DNA of 64,000 nucleotides from an uncultured delta proteobacterium. GTDB lineage: Bacteria > Myxococcota > UBA727 > VGSZ01. Below, piece by piece: positions 48,477-58,020 of this stretch (positions within the stretch are counted from its first letter, which is position 1; the number at the start of each line of letters is the position of its first letter). The position numbers were made by a program, and so were the translations under genes. The notes under the pieces are model-generated. The model worked only from the letters and a program-made list of their open reading frames with translations, was not told where the DNA came from and ran no database searches. The stretch lies in assembly GCA_963775425.1 (NCBI GenBank), contig CAVZJB010000017.1:192001-256000 (forward strand), given 5' to 3'.

Positions 48477-50659
48477 TCGCCGAGCAGCCTTCGCACGGTC
48501 TGGATGAGCACGCCCGGCTTCACCGGCTTGGTGAGGAAGGCGTCGGCGCCGCCGCGACGCATGAGGTCCTCGTCGTGGCGACGGCCGATGGTGGTGACGA
48601 CGACGACGGGGATGTCCTTGGTGGCCGCGGTCTTCTTCAAGAAGCTCAGCACCTGCACGCCGTCCATCACCGGCATCTGGATGTCGAGCAACACGAGGTC
48701 GGGCTTCTCCTCCACCGCGAGCTTCACCGCCTCCGCGCCGTCCTTGGCGTGGAGGAACGCATACGCGAACGGCCGCAGGATCTCCTCCTCGATGCGGCGG
48801 AAGACCTCGGCGTCGTCGGCGATGAGCACTTTCTTTCGCTGGGTGGTGACGACGGGCGCGTTCACAACGCCCGTGGCCTCGAGCACCGCCTCGCCGCCCT
48901 GCTCCGGCGGCTCCTCGACGTCGATGCTGGCCACCGACACGGGGCCGCGCGCGAGCTCGCCGACCTGCGCGCTCACAAGCACGCCCTTGTTCAAGCGCCG
49001 CGCGAGGGCGGCGAGGCGCTCGGCCTTCTCCACCACGGAGCCCGCGAGGTGCACGGGGCCGGCGTCGGCGTCGGTGATGAGCGCGGGCCCGCTGGCGACG
49101 CCCATGTGCGCCGTGAGCCGCTGGCGCGGATCCTTGGCGAGGTCGTCGAGGATCTTCTGCGTGGCGAAGGCGCACGCGAGCGCGCGCTCCGCGTCCTTCG
49201 GCCCCGGCTCGACGAGACCGAACGCGATGACGAAGGTGTCGGGGCCGCGGCGCACCACCGCCCCGCCCTGCTTGTGCGCGAGCGTCTGGAGCTGCCGGAA
49301 GAAGAGGTTCTTCAGCCGGTTCACGCCGAACGCGCCCATCGGCACGTTGGCGATCTGCTGCACGAGCGCGCTCCACCCGGGCAGGAGCCCGACGAGCACG
49401 GTGACGAAGCGCCGGTCGCCGCGGAGCACGCCCGACAGCTCCACGGCGTCGAGGACGACGCCGGCGTCGCTCAGCTCGACGCCGGCGTCGCTCTTTTCCA
49501 GGGCCACCGCCGCGCCCTCGGCGGACGCGGCCCCGGGCGCGCGCGCGGCGTCGCCCTCGCCCGAGCGCGGGGCGCCGGAGCGCAGGCTCACGATCTTGGT
49601 CGGCGCCGACGTGTCGGCCTCGGAGAGCACGGCGGCTGCGGCGCCGCCGGTGTCGTACGGGCCGCCGATGCCGATGGAGGTGACGCGCGGCGTGAGGTCG
49701 CGGACCCGGTCGGCGATGCTGTCGCCGGCGACGTCGTGGACGAAGCGCTGCAGCTCGTCTTCGACGCCGGGACCGGTGGTGTCGAGCCACGCCTTCAGGC
49801 CCTGCGCGGCCTCGGCGCAGCGCGCGTAGCGCTCCGCGCGCTTGACCGAGAGCATCCTGGCCACGACCTCGGCGAGCGGCGCGGGCACGCCCTCGAGCGC
49901 GGGCACGTCACCGGCGAGGATCTTCTGGAAGACGTCGATGGGGTTGTTGCCGCGAAAGAGCGGGCGCCCCGAGACGAGCTCCCACAACACGATGCCGAGC
50001 GAGAACTGATCGCTGCGCCCGTCGAGCTCCTCGCCGAGGAGCTGCTCCGGGGACATGTAGCGGATCTTGCCCTTGAGCTTGTCGCCCTGCGTCTCGTGCA
50101 TCTGGTTGGACGCCACGGCGACGCCGAAGTCGACGACCTTCACGAGGCCGTCGGAGCGGATCATGAGGTTCTGCGGGCTGACGTCTCGGTGGACCACGCG
50201 CAGCGAGCGGCCCGCGTCGTCCTTGGCGTGGTGTGCGTAGTCGAGGCCGGCGGCGGCGTCCTTGACGACGACGGCGGCGACGCGCGGATCGAGCTTCATG
50301 CCCTTCTTCTGCGCGCTGCGCAGGAGCGCCGCGAGATCGGTGCCGCCGATGTACTCCATGGCGATGAAGTGCATGCCCTCGTGCAGGCCCACCTCGTAGA
50401 CCGCCACGATGTTCGGGTGGCTCAGGAGCGACGCGACGCGCGCCTCGTCGAGGAATTGGTCGAGCGCGTCGGGCTGCTCCGCCAGCTCGGGGCGCAGGGT
50501 CTTCAGGATGACGAGGCGCGAGAAGCCGCCGCCCCGCCCGGTCTGCGGGCGCGCCGCGCCGCCGGCGAGCTGCCGCGCGAGGAAGATCTCGCCCATGCCG
50601 CCGATAGCGAGGCGGCGGATGACCTCGTAGCGGTCCTGGATGACGAGCGGCGCGGCCAC
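48473..50659 (-). CDS. Ser/Thr kinase - degenerate class III cyclase - receiver domain protein
   Basis: GGMGEI, HRDVSPQN, DFG, YMSPE; cyclase-like middle; REC ADD/LLDIQMP/KP; AAGGAGG RBS. Confidence 0.85.
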   Translation of the reverse strand: MAAPLVIQDRYEVIRRLAIGGMGEIFLARQLAGGAARPQTGRGGGFSRLVILKTLRPELAEQPDALDQFLDEARVASLLSHPNIVAVYEVGLHEGMHFIAMEYIGGTDLAALLRSAQKKGMKLDPRVAAVVVKDAAAGLDYAHHAKDDAGRSLRVVHRDVSPQNLMIRSDGLVKVVDFGVAVASNQMHETQGDKLKGKIRYMSPEQLLGEELDGRSDQFSLGIVLWELVSGRPLFRGNNPIDVFQKILAGDVPALEGVPAPLAEVVARMLSVKRAERYARCAEAAQGLKAWLDTTGPGVEDELQRFVHDVAGDSIADRVRDLTPRVTSIGIGGPYDTGGAAAAVLSEADTSAPTKIVSLRSGAPRSGEGDAARAPGAASAEGAAVALEKSDAGVELSDAGVVLDAVELSGVLRGDRRFVTVLVGLLPGWSALVQQIANVPMGAFGVNRLKNLFFRQLQTLAHKQGGAVVRRGPDTFVIAFGLVEPGPKDAERALACAFATQKILDDLAKDPRQRLTAHMGVASGPALITDADAGPVHLAGSVVEKAERLAALARRLNKGVLVSAQVGELARGPVSVASIDVEEPPEQGGEAVLEATGVVNAPVVTTQRKKVLIADDAEVFRRIEEEILRPFAYAFLHAKDGAEAVKLAVEEKPDLVLLDIQMPVMDGVQVLSFLKKTAATKDIPVVVVTTIGRRHDEDLMRRGGADAFLTKPVKPGVLIQTVRRLLGE

Positions 50660-51021
50660 GCCTCCTTGTACCCCGAGTGGGGCTCAGGCAGCGAGCGCGC
50701 GGGGACAGGCCCGCGACGTCGTGCACGAGGCACGATGCGCCCCGGACACGCCCCTTCGAGGAGCGAGCGCGCGGCGAGCGGTCGCTGCTTGCGGATCTCG
50801 TCCAGATGTCGCGCCCGCTCCGGGCCGGCGATGTGGGCGATCTTGCGCAAGCGGTGCGAAATCATGGTCCCTCCGGCCCCGAAACGGGGCGCGGTGCCCT
50901 GGATTGTCGTCGCCCGGTGCGACGGCTTCGGTGCCGTACGACACCGAACGCCCAGACGCGAAAACGGGCGAACCCACACAGTTTGCGTGTGTCGCGCAGC
51001 CCGCTATCCTCGTCGTCACGT

Positions 51022-51822
51022 ATGCAAAACAAAGCTGCCGCCGTCATCGTCGCCGCGCTCTCCGTCGTCATCGCCGCGAGCGGGTGCGCCATGCGCTCCG
51101 ACGCGCTGTACTCGCCGCTGGGCCGCACGTCGTGCAACGGCGTACCGCGGCTCGACCGCGCGCTGAAGGTGGCCAACTACAACATCAAGTCCGGCCTGTG
51201 GACGTCGCTCGATCAGGTCGGTGACACGCTCGAGAAGCTCGACGCCGACGTGATCGCCCTCGAGGAGGTCGACAACGGCACGCACAGGAGCGGCGGCGTC
51301 GATCAGAGCGAGGAGCTCGCGGAGCGCCTGCACGCCCAGCGCATCTTCGCGGCCGCGCTCGAGCGCGACGGCGGCACCTACGGCGTGGCGCTCCTCTCCA
51401 AGCTGCCGGTGGTGGACGCGCAGCGCTTCGACCTGCCGAACGTCGGCAACTTCGAGCCGCGCGTGGGCATCGACGCCACCGTGTGCACGGGCGACACCGC
51501 CACCCGCGTGATCTCCGCGCACGCCGACGTCTTCCCGTGGGCGGCCAAGGCGCACGCCAAGGCCATCGCGAAGCGTGTCGCCGACAGCAGAGACGTCCTC
51601 GTGCTCGGCGATCTGAACTCCACGCCCGACACCGGTGACACGCAGCCCTTCCTGGACGACGGCCTCTCCGACGCGCTCAGCTTGTTCGATGACAAGCCCA
51701 CGTTCGGCGACTCGGCGCGCATCGACTACATCCTCACGGATCGCGCCATCGAAAACGCCAAGGTCGTCAACTCCGACGCGAGCGACCACCGCCCGGTGGT
51801 CGCGGATCTCTTCATCGATTGA
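51022..51822 (+). CDS. Endonuclease/exonuclease/phosphatase family lipoprotein
   Basis: YNI, ADVIALEE, GDLN, RIDYI, SDHRPV; ASGC lipobox. Confidence 0.9.
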   Translation: MQNKAAAVIVAALSVVIAASGCAMRSDALYSPLGRTSCNGVPRLDRALKVANYNIKSGLWTSLDQVGDTLEKLDADVIALEEVDNGTHRSGGVDQSEELAERLHAQRIFAAALERDGGTYGVALLSKLPVVDAQRFDLPNVGNFEPRVGIDATVCTGDTATRVISAHADVFPWAAKAHAKAIAKRVADSRDVLVLGDLNSTPDTGDTQPFLDDGLSDALSLFDDKPTFGDSARIDYILTDRAIENAKVVNSDASDHRPVVADLFID

Positions 51823-51862
51823 TCGCGTCGCGCGCACCGCGCCCGCGCGCCGGGAGGCCCCG

Positions 51863-52522
51863 CTGAGAAACCCGCGCGATCGAGCGCTCGCGGCGCGCCT
51901 CGCCGCCACCCCGGTCTTCGCCGGCGTCGACGACGCCGACCTCCTCGCGCTCGCCCGCGCCGCCGTGCGCAAGAAGCTGCGCCGGCGCCAGCGCTTGTTC
52001 GCCCGCGGCGAGCGCGGCGACGCCCTCGTCGTCGTGCTGCAGGGCCGCCTGCACGTCGCGCGCGGCGACGCGGTGCTGCGCTCGCTCGCGGCGGGCGCGG
52101 TGGTCGGCCTCTCGACGGTGGTGACCGCGCCCCTGCGCGCGGCGACGCGTCAGCGGCGGCCGCCCTCCCACACCGCGGACGTCGTCGCCGCGGACGCAAG
52201 CGAGGTGCTGCTCGTGCCCGGACGCTTCGTGCGCGCGCTCTTTGCCAAGCGCCCCGAGCTGCCGCTCGTGATGATCGCGTCTTTGGCGCAGCTCGTGAGC
52301 GACCTCTCCGACGACGTCGAGGCCCTGCGCAACGACGACATCGAGGCGCGCGCGAAGAAGAAGCTGGCGCAGCTCCTGCGCGGCCGCCGCGAGGTCGCCG
52401 TCACCCACGGCGACCTCGCGCGCATGATCGGCGCCACCCGCGCAAACACCTCCCGCGCCCTCGCCCGCCTCGAAGCGCGCGGCGTGCTGCGCCGCCGTCG
52501 CGGTCGCATCGAAGCGCCCTGA
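51863..52522 (+). CDS. Crp/Fnr family regulator, start uncertain (CTG proposed)
   Basis: LFARGE cNMP-fold, THGDLARMIGATRANTSRAL HTH; GGAGG at 51853-51857. Confidence 0.8.
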   Translation: MRNPRDRALAARLAATPVFAGVDDADLLALARAAVRKKLRRRQRLFARGERGDALVVVLQGRLHVARGDAVLRSLAAGAVVGLSTVVTAPLRAATRQRRPPSHTADVVAADASEVLLVPGRFVRALFAKRPELPLVMIASLAQLVSDLSDDVEALRNDDIEARAKKKLAQLLRGRREVAVTHGDLARMIGATRANTSRALARLEARGVLRRRRGRIEAP

Positions 52523-52595
52523 AGGCTGACGACAAAACAAGGCTCGTAGCAGCACTCGGCGAAGCCGCCCACAAGCTAGACAACGTCGCCACCGC

Positions 52596-52684
52596 CGGAG
52601 CGGAAAGGAGCGGAGAGCTCGGCGCCCCGGCGCTCAACTCGGCGCGCGTCTTCGTCGCCGAGCTCGGAGCTCCTTTCCGCTCCG
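52596..52684. repeat. Long inverted repeat (hairpin) between convergent genes
   Basis: 16-bp arms 52596-52611/52669-52684 plus 10-bp inner arms 52615-52624/52656-52665. Confidence 0.85.
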
Positions 52685-52813
52685 CCGTGTGGCCGTAGCA
52701 CCGGCCCCTTCCGGGTGGCGGCGCTCTCGATGACGCGGATCCCGATGGATCCCGTTACGCGTCGCCCTTTAAGCCGAGCGGCGTACGTCCTTCGCGGACG
52801 ACGACGTCATGCC

Positions 52814-53518
52814 TCAGGCGAGCACCGCCCGCAGGGGCGCGGGGGCGTCCAGCTCCACGGCGACGCGAGGCGTGCCCGCGGACTCGGTCGCGCGGCGGAA
52901 GAACGAGAGCTGCACGACGCGGCGGTGGCGCTCGCTGCGGTTGCGCGTGCCCGAGTGCCACAGGTGGCCGTTCATCACCAGGACGGCGCCGGCGGCGCCG
53001 GTGACGCGCTCTTCGCCGTCGGCGTGGGCGGCGGGATCGGTGAGCCGCTTCGGGATGGCGCGGCGCTGCGCGTGCGTGCCGGGCACGACGCGCGTGGGCC
53101 CGTTTTCCTCGTCCATGGCGTCGATCATCGCGATGGCGGTGACGACCCGGCTCTCGGGCCACGCGCTGACGGCGGCGGAGTCGACGTGGAGCCCCTGCGC
53201 GCCGAAGCCCGGGCGCGGGTCGCGAAAGGCGACGCCGCCGAGCGCGAACGGGCGGCGGAGCACGTGCCACACGGCGCCGAGCAGGCGCGAGTGGCAGAGC
53301 AGGCGCAACAGCGCGCCGTGCCCGCCGTCGAGGCGCTCGAGGCGCATGTTCCCGCCGTCGCAGAGCGCGTGCAGCGCTTCGATGTCCGCGGGCGCCATCA
53401 CGGCGGGCAGCACGACGAAGCCGCGCGCGTCGAGCGCGCGCGCGTCCGCCGCCGGCACCGGCGCCGCGGGGTCGACGCCGAGCGCGCGCAGGGCCTGGTC
53501 CCAGGGGAGCGCCGCCAT
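52814..53518 (-). CDS. PhyH family Fe(II)/2OG dioxygenase
   Basis: LHVD, ENGPTRVVPGTH, LWHSG..N...RR. Confidence 0.88.
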   Translation of the reverse strand: MAALPWDQALRALGVDPAAPVPAADARALDARGFVVLPAVMAPADIEALHALCDGGNMRLERLDGGHGALLRLLCHSRLLGAVWHVLRRPFALGGVAFRDPRPGFGAQGLHVDSAAVSAWPESRVVTAIAMIDAMDEENGPTRVVPGTHAQRRAIPKRLTDPAAHADGEERVTGAAGAVLVMNGHLWHSGTRNRSERHRRVVQLSFFRRATESAGTPRVAVELDAPAPLRAVLA

Positions 53519-53650
53519 GGCGGGAGCATAGACGCCTCCGCGCCGATCAGCGACGGGGGGAGCGACCGGGCGAGCGGCCGAGGCGGGCGCTCGCCTTGTT
53601 CGTGCCCCGCGCGAGATCTAGCGTGCGCGCTCCTGAACCGAGGAGCCACC

Positions 53651-54118
53651 ATGGCAGACGTGAACCCCATCCCCGAGGGCCTCCGCACCCTCACCCCGCA
53701 GCTCACGCTCGACGGCGCCACCGCGGCCATCGAGCTGTACAAGAAGGCGTTCGGCGCCGAAGTCCTCGACACGGCCATGGACCCGAGCGGCAAGAAGGTC
53801 TGGCACTCCTCCGTCCGCTTCGGGGACTCGGTGCTCTTCATCAACGATCCGTTCCCCGAGATGGGCGGCCACCCGGCGCAGTCCGCGGACCTGTGGCTGT
53901 ACGGCAAGGACGTCGACGCCGCCTTCAAGCGCGCCGTCGACGCCGGCCTCAAGGTCGAGCAGCCGCTCACCGATCAGTTCTGGGGCGACCGCACGGGCAC
54001 GCTCAGCGATCGCTTCGGTGTGCGCTGGACGGTCGGGCAACGCATGAAGAACGTCTCGCCCGACGAGCTCAAGAAGATCGTCGACGACATGACCGCCAAG
54101 ATGAAGGCCGGCGGCTAA
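53651..54118 (+). CDS. VOC/PhnB family protein
   Basis: YKKAFGAE, DVDAAFKRAV, DQFWGDR..DRFG; AGGAG RBS. Confidence 0.9.
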   Translation: MADVNPIPEGLRTLTPQLTLDGATAAIELYKKAFGAEVLDTAMDPSGKKVWHSSVRFGDSVLFINDPFPEMGGHPAQSADLWLYGKDVDAAFKRAVDAGLKVEQPLTDQFWGDRTGTLSDRFGVRWTVGQRMKNVSPDELKKIVDDMTAKMKAGG

Positions 54119-54474
54119 ATAGCGCTGGTGCCGCGCTCTCCCGTGCGGATGCGAATGACGTCGTCGAGCGGGATGACGAAGATCTTCCCGTCGCCGACGG
54201 CGCCTTCGCCGTCGCTGCGCGCGCCTTTGATGATGGCCTCCACGGTGGGCTCGACGTAGGCGTCGTTCACCGCGATGGAGACGCGCGTCTTGGGGACCAG
54301 GCGCGGCAGGATGCGGCGTCCGCGGAAGAGCTCCACCTCCCCCTGCTGCGCGCCGTGGCCCTCGACGCTGTCGACCGTGAGGCGGTAGTTGTCCTTCTCG
54401 TCGAGGACGTTGCGCAGCTCCTGCTGGACGGCCTCGAGCCTCTCGGGACGGATGATGGCGACCACGAGCTTCAT
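54115..54474 (-). CDS. glnK: P-II nitrogen regulator
   Basis: MKLVVAIIRP, GDGKIFV, IRIRTGERG; downstream of amtB. Confidence 0.92.
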   Translation of the reverse strand: MKLVVAIIRPERLEAVQQELRNVLDEKDNYRLTVDSVEGHGAQQGEVELFRGRRILPRLVPKTRVSIAVNDAYVEPTVEAIIKGARSDGEGAVGDGKIFVIPLDDVIRIRTGERGTSAI

Positions 54475-54482
54475 GTCGGTCC

Positions 54483-55730
54483 TCACGTTTGATCGAGATG
54501 GTAGCCGCGTTCACCGTGGATGGAGATGTCGAGGCCGTCGCGCTCGTCCTGCGCGCTCACGCGCAACCCCACCGTCTTGTTCAGCACCCACGCGATGACG
54601 AAGGTGCCGACCACGCACCAGGCGATGGACGCGGCCACGCCCACGCACTGGATGCCGACCTGCTTGAAGCTGCCGCCGAGCACGCCCGTCACCGGCGTGA
54701 AGCAGAAGACGCCGACGAGGAGCGCGCCCACGAGGCCGCCGATGCCGTGCACGGCGAAGGCGTCGAGGGAGTCGTCGATCTTCGTCTTGTTCTTGAGCTG
54801 AACGGCGACGTAGCAGACGACGCTGGCGATGGCGCCGATGACGAGCGCGTTCACCGGGAGCACGTGGCCCGCGCACGGCGTGATGGCGACGAGGCCGGCG
54901 ACGATGCCCGACGCGAAGCCCACGCTCGTGGCCTTCTTGTGATGAAGCCGCTCGACAATCATCCACGTGAGCGCCGCCGACGCCGCCGCGGCCTGCGTGG
55001 TGGTGAAGGCGAGGCCGGCGACCGCGCCGCTGACCGGCGTCTCGACGGCGACGGCGGAGCCGGCGTTGAACCCGAACCACCCGAACCACAACAGGCCCGC
55101 CCCGAGGAGCGTGAGCGTCAGGTTGTTGGGCAGGATGGCGTGTCCGCCGCCGGGGGCGTAGTCGCGGCGGGGCCCGACCATGATGGCGAGGACCAGCGCG
55201 GAGAAGCCGGCCGCGATGTGCACCACGGTGCCGCCGGCGAAGTCGAGGACGCCCATCTTGAAGAGCCAACCGTCCGACGCCCACACCCAGTGCGCGAGCG
55301 GGCAGTAGATGAGCGTCGACCACAAAGCGATAAAGATGAGGTAGCCGCGGAACTTCATGCGCTCGGCGACGGCGCCCGAGATGAGCGCCGGCGTGATGAT
55401 CGCGAACTTGCCCTGGAACATGACGAACACGAGCTCGGGGATGCCCTTGTCCCCGAACAGCCTCGTGTAGGGCAGGCCGGAGAGCCCGAGCAGCGACGGG
55501 TCCCAACCGAACAGCCCGCCCTTGGTGGCGCCGAACGCGAGCATGTAGCCGACGACGATCCACTGCACGCCGATGACGGCCATGGCGACGAAGCTGTGCA
55601 TCATGGTGGTGAGCACGTTCTTTCGGCGGACCATGCCGCCGTAGAAGAGCGCGAGCCCGGGGACCATCAACAGCACCAGCGCGGCGCTCATGAGCATCCA
55701 CGCAGTGCTGCCGGCGTCGATCGTGTTCAT
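54483..55730 (-). CDS. amtB: Ammonium transporter
   Basis: GLALFYGG, DFAGGTVVH, WFGWFGFN, DDSLDAFAVHG. Confidence 0.96.
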   Translation of the reverse strand: MNTIDAGSTAWMLMSAALVLLMVPGLALFYGGMVRRKNVLTTMMHSFVAMAVIGVQWIVVGYMLAFGATKGGLFGWDPSLLGLSGLPYTRLFGDKGIPELVFVMFQGKFAIITPALISGAVAERMKFRGYLIFIALWSTLIYCPLAHWVWASDGWLFKMGVLDFAGGTVVHIAAGFSALVLAIMVGPRRDYAPGGGHAILPNNLTLTLLGAGLLWFGWFGFNAGSAVAVETPVSGAVAGLAFTTTQAAAASAALTWMIVERLHHKKATSVGFASGIVAGLVAITPCAGHVLPVNALVIGAIASVVCYVAVQLKNKTKIDDSLDAFAVHGIGGLVGALLVGVFCFTPVTGVLGGSFKQVGIQCVGVAASIAWCVVGTFVIAWVLNKTVGLRVSAQDERDGLDISIHGERGYHLDQT

Positions 55731-55789
55731 GCCGCTGCTGGTATCCCGCCACAACGCACTGCGTCAAGCGGCCCACCCGCCGCGAACGA

Positions 55790-56761
55790 TCAGGCGGCGT
55801 CGACGTCGGCGCCGACGCGGTGGCGGGCGACGACGCGCCACAGCTCGAGCAGCCATGACGACACGCGCGGGAGCGCGTCGCGGTCGACGCGGGACGCGCG
55901 GGCGGTGATGCGGTCGAACACCACGGCGAGCTCTTCGACGCGCGCGTCGGCGACCGCGAGCGTCTCGCACACGGCGCGGGCCGTCTCGAGGCCGGCCTCG
56001 TCGCCCTGGAGCTGGAAGGCGTCGTCGAAGCGGGCGTCGCCGAGCGTCGGACGCTGCAGCACGCCGCCGAGGGCGCCGGCGAGGCCGCGCGTGGACCAGG
56101 CGGAGAACGCGCCCGGCGCGGGCGGGAGCGCGGCGGCGAAGCTCACGTTGAATCGGCTGCCCGCGGGGTCGAGCCACGTCGCGACGAAGCGCCCCTCGAG
56201 GTCACGGAGCGTGGCGTGCATCTCCACCGTGCCACCGACGCGGGCGGCGAGCCCCGCGGCCCACGCGCCCGTCTGCGCGACGTCGGCGACGAGGGCGTCG
56301 ACGTCGAAGGAGGTGGCGTCGTCGGCGCTGTCGAGCGCGCGCTCGCGATCCATGACGTCGCCGGGGAGCTCGGGCTCGCCGCGGACGAGGTCGTCGAGCG
56401 CGCCGGAGAGATCGTCGACGAGGTTCTCGCTGCGCGCAAAGCCCACGCGGTAGGTGCTGCGCCGCCAGCCGAGCTCGCCGAGGCCGCGCTGCAACGACGG
56501 CGAGATGACGACGACGAGCGGCCGGCGCTCGAAGGCGCGCTCGAGGTCCTCGACGAGGTGCAGCGCCCGGTCGAGGACGCCCGGGTCCTCGAGCACGTGC
56601 GGCGCCCACGGGTTCTTCTTCGCCCACGCGACCGCCTGCGCCACGCTGCGGTGCTCCACGGCGCGCACGCGGCGCTCGCGGAAGAAGCGCTCGACGTCGA
56701 CGCCGACGTAGATCGTGCTCACCGCCGTGCGCCTCAACCGGGAGAGCGTGTCGTCCTGCAC
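55790..56761 (-). CDS. Hypothetical protein
   Basis: 323-aa ORF with host-like codon use; no motif recognised. Confidence 0.6.
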   Translation of the reverse strand: MQDDTLSRLRRTAVSTIYVGVDVERFFRERRVRAVEHRSVAQAVAWAKKNPWAPHVLEDPGVLDRALHLVEDLERAFERRPLVVVISPSLQRGLGELGWRRSTYRVGFARSENLVDDLSGALDDLVRGEPELPGDVMDRERALDSADDATSFDVDALVADVAQTGAWAAGLAARVGGTVEMHATLRDLEGRFVATWLDPAGSRFNVSFAAALPPAPGAFSAWSTRGLAGALGGVLQRPTLGDARFDDAFQLQGDEAGLETARAVCETLAVADARVEELAVVFDRITARASRVDRDALPRVSSWLLELWRVVARHRVGADVDAA

Positions 56762-56784
56762 GCAGCCTGCGTATCATGACCCGC

Positions 56785-57936
56785 ATGACCCAATCGACCT
56801 CCATGCTCGCCTCCACGCTCGCTTCCGTGCTCGCCGCCGTGCTCGCGGCGGGCCTCGCCACGAGCCTCGCCGGGTGCCCCTCGGAGGGCGAGGGCGAGGG
56901 CGAGGGCGACGCGGCGGAGGGCGAGGGGGACGGCGGCGAGGGCGAAGGCGAGGGCGAGGGCGAAGGCGCCGAGGGCGAAGGCGAGGGCGAAGGCGCCGAG
57001 GGCGAGGGCGAGGGCGAGGGCGAGCCGCCGGGGGACTGCGGCGACGGGCAGCGCACCCGCGGCGAGGAGTGCGACGACGGCAACAACGTGGACGGCGACG
57101 GCTGCGACGGCGGCTGCCACCTCGAGCCCATCGCCGGGCAGAGCGACGCGCAGGACCAGGCGCTGGCGGCCATCAACGCGCTGCGGGCGAGCGTCGACCT
57201 GCCCGGTGCGCACCTCGACGCGGCCCTCGATCAGTCGTCGCAGGCGCACGCGGACTACTTCGTGAACAACGCCGACGCGTACAGCGGCGGCTTGAGCCCG
57301 CACGAGGAGGACGCGAGTTTCCCGGACGGCTTCACCGGCGTTCAGTTCTTCAACCGCATGAGCGCCGCCGGCTACGCGGGGCAGCCCCTGTTCGAAGTCA
57401 TGGCGTTCGTCGACGATCCGAACGAAGCCGTGGCCGAGTGGTTCAACACGGTGCTGCACCGCATCCCCCTCGTGCACCCCAACACGCGCGACCTCGGCTA
57501 CGGCGGCGCACGCAGCGGAGGGCGCGCCGCCGACGTCGTCGACTTCGGCGCAGGCTCCAGCGCGGACCCGCACCAGGTGGTGCTCGTGCCGCCGCCGGGC
57601 GCCACCGGCGTCGCGCCGTCGTTCTCGGGGAACGAGGGGCCGCAGCCGCCCGCGCCGCCGCGCGGAGCGTTCCCCTCGGGGCCCATCGTCAGCGTGCTGT
57701 TCGATCGTGGCGTAGCGGTGACGCTCACACGGCACGACATCGTCGACGACGCGGGCAATACGCTGGACGTCACGTTCGTGGACGCGTCGAACCAGAGCGT
57801 CGGCGCCTTCATGCAAAACAGCGTCGCCTTCTACGCCGACGGCCCCGCCCCGTCGGGCGCCGTGTTCCACGTCTTCGTCGAGGGCACCGTGGGCGGGCAG
57901 CCGTTCTCGGAGAGCTGGTCCTTCACCGTCCGCTGA
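56785..57936 (+). CDS. CAP-domain lipoprotein with GE repeat and myxobacterial Cys-rich repeat
   Basis: LAGC lipobox, GEGEGE tract, CGDG..GEECDDGN..DGDGC, INALR..AHADY..LHRIPL; start could be 56776. Confidence 0.82.
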   Translation: MTQSTSMLASTLASVLAAVLAAGLATSLAGCPSEGEGEGEGDAAEGEGDGGEGEGEGEGEGAEGEGEGEGAEGEGEGEGEPPGDCGDGQRTRGEECDDGNNVDGDGCDGGCHLEPIAGQSDAQDQALAAINALRASVDLPGAHLDAALDQSSQAHADYFVNNADAYSGGLSPHEEDASFPDGFTGVQFFNRMSAAGYAGQPLFEVMAFVDDPNEAVAEWFNTVLHRIPLVHPNTRDLGYGGARSGGRAADVVDFGAGSSADPHQVVLVPPPGATGVAPSFSGNEGPQPPAPPRGAFPSGPIVSVLFDRGVAVTLTRHDIVDDAGNTLDVTFVDASNQSVGAFMQNSVAFYADGPAPSGAVFHVFVEGTVGGQPFSESWSFTVR

Positions 57937-58020
57937 CGTCGCCGCCCGCGCCGTGGGCGCGTGTCCTACGTCAAGTTCCGCGCCCGCTCGTCGATGAACA
58001 CCTCCGACACCGGAGGGTTC

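Noticed and set aside
50660-51021. Possible riboswitch or short ORF (hairpin gccccgaaacggggc; ATG at 50865 on minus strand)
   Set aside because: No recognisable aptamer consensus; the ORF overlaps the kinase and looks non-coding
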